From contig CAZFIU010000003.1 of NCBI GenBank assembly GCA_964519455.1, forward strand, positions 18,943-82,942: a DNA stretch of 64,000 nt, in the 5' to 3' direction. This document shows, piece by piece, positions 49,329 to 57,526 of the stretch. Positions within the stretch are counted from its first letter, which is position 1. Each line of letters starts with the position of its first letter. This DNA comes from an uncultured Syntrophobacterales bacterium. Its GTDB lineage: Bacteria; Desulfobacterota; Binatia; UBA9968; JAJDTQ01. Both the position numbers and the translations under genes were made by a program. The notes beneath the pieces are model-generated. The model was not told the origin of the DNA. It made no database searches and worked only from the letters and a program-made list of their open reading frames with translations.

Positions 49329-50849
49329 ATGCCTAGGCTTGACGTCGCCTACGACGAGGTCCGTCACGGAAACTTGGTGACCGAGAAATCACTAGACACG
49401 GACTGCGTCGAAGTTTACTACGTCCCCTCAAGGGAACAGCTCGCATATGCCGGCCTGGACCCGGAGAACGCCTCCTCCTACCGTGTGAAGCTCTTAGAAT
49501 GGGGCCTCACCGACGGAAGTGATCGCCTTACCGTCTTCCCAATCAACACTTTCGGTGACCGGCCCGCCTTTCTCAAGCCAAAATACAAGAAGATCGAACG
49601 GATTACCCTAGCCGGCGCTAAACCAGTCCTTTCGCGGTCTCACGACGACGATGGCGAAGCGCCCAAGTACGCCAACTCCATTACGTTCGGCCCCACTAGA
49701 CCTATGGACCGACCTATCGATGACGTCCAGATTGAAGAACTTCCAACGTCACGCGAACAGGTCATCAGCATACTCGAGACGTTGCCGCCCGTATTCACCA
49801 AGGACTACGACTATGGACTTGGGTTGGCGAAGCCCTATCGATTCATTGTCGAAGCAGTTGAACACCTTTGTGACTGTACCGAACTCGTCATATCAGACGA
49901 CCACCACACGGAGGCCGTTGAGAACGTGTTCTATATTTCAACTGCTGACTTCGAGCATGTCCGACGATTTTTGAATAGCACTACCACCAACAGTCAAACA
50001 GCGACGCGATCAGTGAAAACGGCCGAAACCTACAATTTCTTCGCAGAAAGGCTAGGGAAACCAACGGTTCCGGCCAGCATTGGACGCCACCCCTTGCGCA
50101 AGAAACTAACGGCCCTTCTTCAACGAAAGGAGCCCGAACTGTCAGAGGAGGAACAAGAAGAACTCCTTGACACCATGGTGAGAAACGTCAAGACAATGTC
50201 GCAGGAGAACCCGCAACGGTTGGCGAGCCTGCAACGCGATATTGACCTCGTCAATCTGGAGGGGCTGATATCACGGTTCGAGGCAATGCTGACGAGTCCT
50301 CACAAAGAGGGAGTATGGCAAGAGTTTCTTAAAATAAACCCTTTCATCCTCAGTTTAGCGTTCGGTTACCCCATTATCCAGATCCAGGAGAAAGCCTCCG
50401 TAGGAGGACGCACCATTTCTGGCAAGGGCGACAAGTTTACGGACTTCCTCGTCACAAACAGCCTTACCAACAATACCGCGATAATCGAGATTAAGACACC
50501 GGAGACAAGGTTGCTGAGCAGCAAGAGTTATCGTGACGCTGTCTTGACGCCGTCGGCAGAACTATCAGGCGCAATCAACCAAACATTGGACCAGAAACAC
50601 CGCCTAGAGAAGGAAATTGTCCAGATCAAAGAAAACAGCGGACTGCACAACCTCAAATCGTACTCTGTAAACTGCTGCCTCATTATTGGTACTATGCCCA
50701 CGGAGGAACCCCGTATGAAGTCGTTCGAACTCTTTCGGGGAAACTCAAAGGATGTAGAAATAGTGACTTTCGATGAATTGCTAAAAAAGCTACGCAACCT
50801 TCAGTCTTTTCTAACGGCCCCGCCAGGGGACAACGACGTGCCGTTCTAG
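49329..50849 (+). CDS. Shedu-like defence protein (DUF4263 PD-(D/E)xK nuclease domain) with an uncharacterised ~330-aa N-terminal region
   Basis: C-terminal WQEFLKINPFIL...GDKFTDFLV...AIIEIKTPETRL...CLIIGTMP...FELFRG...IVTFDELL fits the DUF4263/SduA core. The gene is low-GC (~52%). The TTG at 49266 is an alternative start. Confidence 0.65.
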   Translation: MPRLDVAYDEVRHGNLVTEKSLDTDCVEVYYVPSREQLAYAGLDPENASSYRVKLLEWGLTDGSDRLTVFPINTFGDRPAFLKPKYKKIERITLAGAKPVLSRSHDDDGEAPKYANSITFGPTRPMDRPIDDVQIEELPTSREQVISILETLPPVFTKDYDYGLGLAKPYRFIVEAVEHLCDCTELVISDDHHTEAVENVFYISTADFEHVRRFLNSTTTNSQTATRSVKTAETYNFFAERLGKPTVPASIGRHPLRKKLTALLQRKEPELSEEEQEELLDTMVRNVKTMSQENPQRLASLQRDIDLVNLEGLISRFEAMLTSPHKEGVWQEFLKINPFILSLAFGYPIIQIQEKASVGGRTISGKGDKFTDFLVTNSLTNNTAIIEIKTPETRLLSSKSYRDAVLTPSAELSGAINQTLDQKHRLEKEIVQIKENSGLHNLKSYSVNCCLIIGTMPTEEPRMKSFELFRGNSKDVEIVTFDELLKKLRNLQSFLTAPPGDNDVPF

Positions 50850-50913
50850 CCGGTCAACGGCCAGACACGGGCGTAACTCGGCAGCCCTGTTCTGGGCACA
50901 ATCTGGGCTCTTT

Positions 50914-51429
50914 TCACATCCCCATCGCCTTCCACACCACCCCCTCGTGCAGGGGCGCGCCCATTATCACGATAAAGACGAAGTAGACGAACGCCCACGT
51001 GACGGCGGTGATGGAGAGGGTCATGAACCAGCGCTCCGCGGAGCGCAGGCGCATGAACAGGATCATGAAGAGCGGGATGGCCGCGAGGTAGCCGATGAAG
51101 TAGATCAGCGCCACGAGGAACAGGAGCCAGGCGGCGAAGCTGATCTCGCGGCGGAAGACGTTGCCGGAGGGGCGGCTTTCCTCGGACGGCGCGGCGGCGC
51201 GGCCGGTGTCGATGCCGAAGAGGTCGTATTCCTGGAAGAAGCTGAAGCGGCGGCCGACGGCGGGGATGGCGTCGATCAGGAACTGGAACAGGGTCAGGAG
51301 CAGCGTCGGGACGGCGATGATGAGCGGCACCAGGCGGGCGCGCGGCTGGTAGTCCAGGGCGAGGATGAGGAACAAGAGGACGAGGACGAAGACGCCGAGG
51401 GTGAAAAGGGTGCGGTCGTTGAATTTCAC
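50914..51429 (-). CDS. small 4-TM membrane protein, TctB-like (DUF1468)
   Basis: 171 aa with hydropathy and length like TctB. Assignment is tentative. Confidence 0.45.
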   Translation of the reverse strand: MKFNDRTLFTLGVFVLVLLFLILALDYQPRARLVPLIIAVPTLLLTLFQFLIDAIPAVGRRFSFFQEYDLFGIDTGRAAAPSEESRPSGNVFRREISFAAWLLFLVALIYFIGYLAAIPLFMILFMRLRSAERWFMTLSITAVTWAFVYFVFIVIMGAPLHEGVVWKAMGM

Positions 51430-51476
51430 GAGTGCTCCCGTTCAGGATATCGCGGGTGCCGGTGACGCGGAGGCGC

Positions 51477-52943
51477 TCAGGCTTCCCGTTGTCCGAGATG
51501 CATCGACAGGTCGCCCCGACGAACGTGGACCTGCCGGAGCTCGCGGGCGCCGGCGAGCTGCTTGAGCAACGCGGAGACCGGGCGCCCGGCGTCGAGGAAT
51601 TCCCTGGGCGCGCCGGCGTCCAGCATGGCCTTGACGGACTCCGCGCCGGTGATGACCCGGAGCACCAGTTCCTCGTCCGAGACGCCGGGGCCGCCGAACT
51701 TTTGCCGCACCTCGTCCAGCGTGGGCTCGGGCCGGACCCAGGACCGCCACTCCGCCGCCCGCGGGCGGCTCAGGATCCTGTCCTTCACGTCCGGGTCCAT
51801 GAGGCGTGCGCCCTCCTCTCCCCAATACCCCAGGGCGTACTGGATGCTCTGGTCGGTGACCTCCTTGTAGCGCTCCCCCACCATGACGTTGACCGCCGCC
51901 TGAGTGCCGACGAACTGGGCCAGGGGCGTCACCATGATGGGGTAACCGTACTCCTCGCGCACGCGGCCGGCTTCCTCCAGGGTCTCTTCCAGCCGGTCGC
52001 CCATGCCCACGGCGCCGAGCTGGTAGCGCAGGTTGGAGATCATGCCGCCGGGCACCTGGTGGCGGTACTGCGCGTGGTCATATTCCCGCGGTGCACCGAA
52101 GGGAAAGTTCTCCTGCCGCGCCACGCGGGTGAAGTGTTCCTCCACCGGCTCGATTGCCTCCAGGTCCACCAGCGGCGTCAACCCCATGGCCCGGGCGTTG
52201 GCCGCGACGTTGAAGATGGAGGGTTGGGCGGAGCCGTTGGCCAGGGGCGGTATGGACGTGTGCAGCGTCTTGACCCCCAGTTTCAGGGCTTCGACGTAGT
52301 TCAGCGGTGCAAGACCGTTGTTGCAGTGGGCGTGGAACTCGAGCGGGATGTCACCGACGTTGGCCATGACCAACCGGAGCATTTCCCGGGTGCGGTCCGG
52401 CGTCAGCAGACCGCCGACGTCCTTGAAGCAGATCCGGTAGGGGCGCAACGCCGCCAACTCCCGGACCTTGCGCTCGTAGTACTCGTTGGTGTGCTTGGGA
52501 GACACCGAGTAGATGACGTTGGCCACCACCTCCATGCCCATGCTCCCCAGGATTTCGATCTCCTTGGCGAGCACGGTGTAGTCGTTCCACGGGTTGGACG
52601 AGCGCGTGAGGGTGATGCCGTGGGCGATGACGCGCTCCAGCACGAGCCGGATCACGCACGCGGGTATGGGCTCGAACCCCGAACCCAGACCGCCGTGGTA
52701 GCGCAGCCGCGTCCTGGAAAATTCCCTGACCCCCAGCCGCACCCAGTCCCAGGGGTTCTCCTTGAGCTCGCGCACCTGCTTGATGATGCTGGCGAAGCCG
52801 AAGAACTCCATGGACTCGAAGCCGCAGCGGTCCATCTGCCGGGCGGCGCCCAACATGTGGCCGATGCGCATGCGCAGCGCCCACAGGCTCAAATGCCCGT
52901 CCCTGAGGGTGGTGTCGATGAATCGTATCTCGCTCATGTCCAA
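51477..52943 (-). CDS. pyruvate-carboxyltransferase domain protein (oxaloacetate decarboxylase alpha / pyruvate carboxylase subunit B-like, no biotinyl domain)
   Basis: IRFIDTTLRDGHLSLWA HMGL-like TIM barrel with a C-terminal carboxylase conserved domain. Confidence 0.8.
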   Translation of the reverse strand: MDMSEIRFIDTTLRDGHLSLWALRMRIGHMLGAARQMDRCGFESMEFFGFASIIKQVRELKENPWDWVRLGVREFSRTRLRYHGGLGSGFEPIPACVIRLVLERVIAHGITLTRSSNPWNDYTVLAKEIEILGSMGMEVVANVIYSVSPKHTNEYYERKVRELAALRPYRICFKDVGGLLTPDRTREMLRLVMANVGDIPLEFHAHCNNGLAPLNYVEALKLGVKTLHTSIPPLANGSAQPSIFNVAANARAMGLTPLVDLEAIEPVEEHFTRVARQENFPFGAPREYDHAQYRHQVPGGMISNLRYQLGAVGMGDRLEETLEEAGRVREEYGYPIMVTPLAQFVGTQAAVNVMVGERYKEVTDQSIQYALGYWGEEGARLMDPDVKDRILSRPRAAEWRSWVRPEPTLDEVRQKFGGPGVSDEELVLRVITGAESVKAMLDAGAPREFLDAGRPVSALLKQLAGARELRQVHVRRGDLSMHLGQREA

Positions 52944-53023
52944 CGCCTCGAACCGTCATTGATATGAAAACAAAAACTCGTCCAATGATTTCTGGTAGTT
53001 ACGGAATCCTGCTACACCCCGAT

Positions 53024-53123
53024 GAGTCATTCCCGCGAAAGCGGGAATCCAGGCGGGGTGGGGCCGGGCCATGAGGCCGCCACACCCCCCACCCCTGGAT
53101 TCCCGCTTCCGCGGGAATGACTC
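53024..53123. repeat. ~100-bp bipartite palindromic element (GAGTCATTCCCGCGAAAGCGGGAATCCAGGCGGGGTGGGG...CCCCACCCCTGGATTCCCGCTTCCGCGGGAATGACTC)
   Basis: Read directly. Same family as 13536-13634 and 40732-40830. Confidence 0.75.
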
Positions 53124-53138
53124 ATTGGGGGCCGCCGC

Positions 53139-54572
53139 TCACGGACGCAGCCGCCGCAACCACCGCGCCAGGGAAACGACTCTCTCCAGCGACCAGAGTT
53201 CTTCCACGAACTTCCGCAGGCTTTGCCCCTTCCCCATGCCCGCGTAGGCGGCGCATTCGTAAAATTTCTGTTCCAGCGCCGCCCGGCCCGGCCGCTTCGC
53301 CGGCCCCGTCGGCGCGGCTTCATAGTACCGAACGCCGCCGGCCAAAACCAGTTCCACACCGGCCGCGGCGCCTTGGCCGTTCGGCGACTCCGAACCACCA
53401 TCACGCACGAGTTCCACCTTGCGCATCAGCGCCCGGATCCGGGAGTCCCGCACCCGGGCGTCCGTGTATTCGCCCAGCGTCAGCCGACCATCGGTCCAGG
53501 CCGCCGCGAACGTGAAAGGGAGGCTGAACTTGCCCTGAAGGCCGCCCTCGGGACGGTCGTATACGAGCGGCAGCGCCGCTTCGGGAGAAAGGTGAATGCG
53601 CAAGCGGCTCACCTCTTCCGGTTCCACCGGGTGGCGCCGAAGCACCGCAAACAGGGCGTCCAGTGCCGGATGCATGACGCCCGCGCAGGGGTAACGCTTG
53701 ATGACGATGCCCGGTTCGCGCAGGAACCACGGGCTGCCGAATCGGAGCAGGTCCGGGTCGTAGCGATTGCGGCAGGCCGCGCTGAAAAAGCCCATGGGAT
53801 CCTCGAAGACTTCGGCGGAGGCGGTGAAGCCACCGGCCGCGAGGGTCGCGGCAACGACGCCGTTCTCCGCCGCCCGCCCGGCGTTGAGCGCCTTGGCCAT
53901 GGTGCCCCGGTGGGCGCGGAGCCCGGAACTCAGGGTGCCGGCAATACCCAGTGCCCAGACGGTGCGCTCGCGGTCGAGCCCGACGAGGTGGCTGCACGCC
54001 GCCGCCGCACCGAACGTTCCCAGCGTACCGGTGGGATGGAACCCGTCCATGTAGTGATCCGGCGCAATCGCGTCGCCCAAACGGCAGGCCACCTCCACGC
54101 CTGCCGCGTAGGCGGCCAGCAGGCCGGCGCCGCCGGTGCGGGTCTGCTGCGCCAGCGCAAGCGCCGCCGCCAGGACCGGCGTCGTGGGATGGGTCTGCTG
54201 GCCCAAGGGCCGCCCCGGCGCCGTAGTGCGCTGGGCATCGTCGTAGTCGTGCACGTGCCCCTGCACTCCGTTGGCCAGGGCCGCCGATCGGCACGGCACC
54301 TTGAAGCCCGTCCCGACGATGCCCGCCTCGCCCCGGCCGCCCATGGCGCGCACGTGCGCGCGCACCCGGCGGCTCGCCGCTTCCGGCACGCCGCCAAGCA
54401 TGTTCGCGAAACCGTCGAGCAGGTGCTCCTTCGCGGTCTCCCGGACACCGCGTGGCACGCCGCGGCTTCGGACCCTCCGGAGAAACGTGGCGATCAGATG
54501 CGAAAGCGGTTCCCCTGAAACGATCTCGGTGCTGCGTTCGGTCTCCACAACCTTTCCTGCCGCGAGCCTCAC
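53139..54572 (-). CDS. MmgE/PrpD family protein (2-methylcitrate-dehydratase-like)
   Basis: ~477 aa with MmgE/PrpD N- and C-domain pattern. Confidence 0.8.
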   Translation of the reverse strand: MRLAAGKVVETERSTEIVSGEPLSHLIATFLRRVRSRGVPRGVRETAKEHLLDGFANMLGGVPEAASRRVRAHVRAMGGRGEAGIVGTGFKVPCRSAALANGVQGHVHDYDDAQRTTAPGRPLGQQTHPTTPVLAAALALAQQTRTGGAGLLAAYAAGVEVACRLGDAIAPDHYMDGFHPTGTLGTFGAAAACSHLVGLDRERTVWALGIAGTLSSGLRAHRGTMAKALNAGRAAENGVVAATLAAGGFTASAEVFEDPMGFFSAACRNRYDPDLLRFGSPWFLREPGIVIKRYPCAGVMHPALDALFAVLRRHPVEPEEVSRLRIHLSPEAALPLVYDRPEGGLQGKFSLPFTFAAAWTDGRLTLGEYTDARVRDSRIRALMRKVELVRDGGSESPNGQGAAAGVELVLAGGVRYYEAAPTGPAKRPGRAALEQKFYECAAYAGMGKGQSLRKFVEELWSLERVVSLARWLRRLRP

Positions 54573-54620
54573 CGCCCGATCAGTGAAACACCGGCAAGGC
54601 GGACTTGCAATTCACCGCAT

Positions 54621-54633
54621 AACGTACTACGTT
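54621..54633. promoter_or_regulatory. palindrome AACGTA-C-TACGTT upstream of higB, a candidate HigA operator
   Basis: Read directly, ~7 nt upstream of ATG 54640. Confidence 0.35.
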
Positions 54634-54639
54634 TCTGCC

Positions 54640-54927
54640 ATGATCCGGTCTTGGCGCAACGCCGCGACCCGCAGGGTCTGGGACGGCGAACAACCCAAGG
54701 CGTTCCGAAGTCTGGACGTGGACATGGCCACGGACCTGCTGCTCGCACTCAACGCGGCCGAAACGCTCCGGGACTTGAGCCCGCTCAGGAGCGTCGGCCT
54801 CCACAAACTCAAGGGCGAGCGCAAGGCGCAGTGGGCCATGACCGTAAACGGCCCCTGGCGAATCTGCTTCGAGTTCCGCAAGGGCGATGCCTTTAACGTG
54901 GAGATTGTCGATTATCACAAAGGATGA
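54640..54927 (+). CDS. higB: type II toxin HigB (RelE/ParE superfamily, plasmid maintenance system killer)
   Basis: MIRSWRNAATRRVWDG...LKGERKAQWAMTVNGPWRICFEF...VEIVDYH is the classic HigB killer-protein pattern. Confidence 0.8.
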   Translation: MIRSWRNAATRRVWDGEQPKAFRSLDVDMATDLLLALNAAETLRDLSPLRSVGLHKLKGERKAQWAMTVNGPWRICFEFRKGDAFNVEIVDYHKG

Positions 54928-54931
54928 TGCC

Positions 54932-55219
54932 ATGCCCCCTGTTGTCCATCCCGGAAGACTGCTGAAACGTGAGATCGAGGCCCGCGGACTGAGCGCCAAC
55001 CGGCTAGCCCTGGCCCTCGGCGTTCCTTCCGGCCGTGTCACCGACATCCTGAACGGACGGCGTTCGATCACCGCGGAAACGGCGGTGCGGCTGGGGCGCT
55101 ACTTCGGCAATCGCCCCGGTTTCTGGCTTGCACTCCAAAGCCAGTACGACATCGCGCTGGTGGAGCGGGACCGGGGCGCGGAGATCGACAACCAAGTGAG
55201 GCCGGCGGCCTCGACCTGA
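54932..55219 (+). CDS. higA: HigA antitoxin (XRE-family HTH)
   Basis: HPGRLLKREIEARGLSANRLALALGVPSGRVTDILNGRRSITAETAVRLGRYFG is an HTH_3/HigA pattern. It starts 4 nt after the higB stop. Confidence 0.8.
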   Translation: MPPVVHPGRLLKREIEARGLSANRLALALGVPSGRVTDILNGRRSITAETAVRLGRYFGNRPGFWLALQSQYDIALVERDRGAEIDNQVRPAAST

Positions 55220-55375
55220 CCGCGGCTTGAAGCGGACCCATCACCGCCGGGAATGCCTGCAAGATCTCTCGAATCACGCGCGGGATCCGGTCGCGCGGCA
55301 GGACCCTGTCTGATAACATGACGCCTCTTTCGGGTGCGCATGGAAACCCCGCGGAGCGCGGGAAAGGAGATGCCG

Positions 55376-55981
55376 ATGGCCGATCGAGTGACCCTGGAGG
55401 TCTTCTCGGACTTCGTTTGACCGTGGTGCTATCTCAGTACCGGGCGTATTGAGAAACTGAGGCACAATTTCGATCTCGACGTCGTCTACACGCAGTTCCC
55501 CTTGCATCCCGAAACCCCGACCGAGGGCCAACCCCGCAACATGAGCGGACCGAGCCGGGTGGATGCCATGCTCGCGCGCGAGGGCCTGCCGTTCACGGAA
55601 CGGAAGTTCAGCTACAACAGCCGGCTGGCCCAGGAACTGGCGAAATGGGCCAAGCGCGAGGGCCGGGAAGATGCCTTCAACGATGCGGTGTTCCGCGCCT
55701 ACTTCGTCGGCGCGGTGAACATCGGGGAGCCTGATGTCCTGCTCGGACTGGCGGAAGAGGCGGGACTGCCGGTGGAAGAAGCGCGCCGGGTCTTGTCCGA
55801 CCGTCCCTTCGAACAGGAGGTCAACGACGACTGGCAGCGCTGCCATTCCCTCGGGGTGCGCGCGGTGCCCACCTACCTCTCGGAGGGCCTGGCCATCGTC
55901 GGCGCGGAGCCGTACGACAGGCTGGAGCAGCTCGTCACGGAAGCGGGCGCCACCCGTTTGACGGATTCCGCGGACGCTTGA
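55376..55981 (+). CDS. DsbA-family FrnE-like thiol:disulfide oxidoreductase with an in-frame TGA (55418-55420) at the first active-site Cys position, a candidate selenoprotein (UPWC)
   Basis: MADRVTLEVFSDFV-[TGA]-PWCYLS... aligns with the FrnE/DsbA VCPWCY active site. The frame continues without further stops into the 55502..55981 ORF (LGVRAVPTYL...). GGAAAGGAG Shine-Dalgarno 6 nt upstream. A hairpin lies 11 nt after the TGA. Confidence 0.6.
55432..55454 (+). promoter_or_regulatory. bSECIS-like hairpin (UCUCAGUAC-CGGGC-GUAUUGAGA) starting 11 nt downstream of the in-frame UGA
   Basis: 9-bp stem (one G-U pair) with a 5-nt GG-containing apical loop, read directly. The spacing matches bacterial SECIS elements. 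Confidence 0.45.
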
Positions 55982-56095
55982 TCGGCGGGCGTCCCGGCCC
56001 GGAAGCGTAGGGTCGGAACTTGGACAACGAACCACAACTCGCTGGTGTTGTTGAGTAAACCTGCTTGACCGAATAGGTTTTGTGACGGACGAGCC

Positions 56096-57013
56096 ATGTC
56101 ATCCGGCATTCCGGAAGTCGATTTCGAACCGTTCCTGAACGGGGACGCGGCGGCGCGCCGCCGGGTCGCGGAAGAGATCCGCGCGGCCTGCGGCGAGTAC
56201 GGCTTTCTCAATGTCGTCAACCTGCCTCTGCCCAACGGGTTGGTCCAGCGCGTTTCCGCCAAGGCCAAGAAGTTCTTCGCCTTGCCCGCGGAGGTCAAGG
56301 ACGCCATCGGCCGGTCCGACCTCGACGTCATCTCGGGCTACGTCGGCATCGCCGTCGAACACCTCGACACGCAGCAGCCGGGGGACCTCAAGGAATCCTT
56401 CAGCCTGAACCAGGCCAGCCTGAAGCTGCTGGACCGCTGGCACATCCCGGTGGCCGGCTTTCGCGAGACGGTCCTGGAACTCCACGAGGCCGCCGCGCAC
56501 GCGTGCGCGGCGCTGGTGCGCGCCATGGCGCTGTCCCTGGACGCGCCCGAGGATTTCTTCGAGGACAAGCACGCGCCCCACGCCAGCACCGTGCGCTTTT
56601 TCCACTACCCGCCGCTGACGCGTCCGCCCGGAGACGGGCAACTGCGCGCGGGAAGCCACACGGACTACGGCACCGTCACGCTGGTCTTCCAGGACGAGGT
56701 GGAGGGTCTGGAGGCGCTGGTGGACGGCCGGTGGGTGACGGTCCCCGTGGTGCCCGGTACCGTCACGGTCAACGTGGCGGACCTGCTGTCACGCTGGAGC
56801 AACGGCATCTACCGTTCGCCCAAGCACCGGGTGGCCCTGCCGAGCGCCAACGCGGACCGGTCCCGGTACTCCAACGTATTCTTCTACAACCCCAACAGCG
56901 CGGCCACGGTCCGGTGCCTCGACTCCTGCTGCGACGCCGGCCGGCCTGCCCGGTATCCACCCATTGCCGCCGGGGAGTTCCTCAGACAGCGGCGCGCCGC
57001 ACAGTATCAGTAA
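56096..57013 (+). CDS. 2OG-Fe(II) oxygenase (isopenicillin-N-synthase-like non-haem dioxygenase)
   Basis: H-x-D...H facial triad region (GSHTDYGTVTLVFQD ... SPKHRV) and DIOX_N-like N-terminus. Confidence 0.8.
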   Translation: MSSGIPEVDFEPFLNGDAAARRRVAEEIRAACGEYGFLNVVNLPLPNGLVQRVSAKAKKFFALPAEVKDAIGRSDLDVISGYVGIAVEHLDTQQPGDLKESFSLNQASLKLLDRWHIPVAGFRETVLELHEAAAHACAALVRAMALSLDAPEDFFEDKHAPHASTVRFFHYPPLTRPPGDGQLRAGSHTDYGTVTLVFQDEVEGLEALVDGRWVTVPVVPGTVTVNVADLLSRWSNGIYRSPKHRVALPSANADRSRYSNVFFYNPNSAATVRCLDSCCDAGRPARYPPIAAGEFLRQRRAAQYQ

Positions 57014-57376
57014 GACGCTCCGCTCTCAAGGACGAAGATGAGGTCGCTCGGTACCGAGGGTTGGAAGCATGAGCGACTGATAGTCACGGATCGGCGTCGA
57101 TCACCACTCCGTCACGCGACCGACTGTCCGGGAGTGACACGTGGCCGGTAGGCCGGCGCCAGGCGGGATTTCTGCGAACGTTCCTGGAACGGCACCGGGA
57201 ACAACTGTTGGGGAAGCACTCAGTGGATGCGCACCAGGGGTCCGGGGTGCAGCACGTATCCCGTTGACTCCACCGGTCCTTTCGCCGCAAGGTCGACCAG
57301 CAACTCCAGGGTTTCCGGGGCCACGCCCAGGTCCATCATGAAGCGGGGTCCGGCCACCTGGCTGCAGGACAAACGC

Positions 57377-57402
57377 TACACGGCCAATTTTGAAACCCTC
57401 CC
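57377..57402 (+). repeat. 26-nt conserved motif TACACGGCCAATTTTGAAACCCTCCC (copy B), ~125 bp upstream of the sterol-cluster ORF
   Basis: 24/26 identical to 31393-31418. Followed by TGGAAC and a CGGAG/CTCCG hairpin. Confidence 0.4.
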
Positions 57403-57526
57403 GTTTATCCATTGGAACCGGAGGGTGGCAACGACGACTCCGTTTCGGTACATTGTAGCGTAGAGGGATTATGATTCCCGGTTTCGTGACAGGCTCGACA
57501 CGGTATCGGGCGATGTTGCGGCACGC

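Noticed and set aside
55418-55420. TGA in the FrnE-like gene interpreted as a simple nonsense mutation or pseudogene
   Set aside because: Not rejected outright, but considered less likely. The TGA falls exactly on the redox-active Cys codon, the downstream frame is intact for 187 codons with family-wide similarity, and a SECIS-like hairpin sits at the canonical distance. Read-level confirmation is still needed.
57222-57339. 39-aa minus-strand ORF (MMDLGVAPETLELLVDLAAKGPVESTGYVLHPGPLVRIH) in the 5' region of the sterol cluster
   Set aside because: Too short and unsupported. It may be a gene fragment, but no family is recognisable and there is no Shine-Dalgarno.
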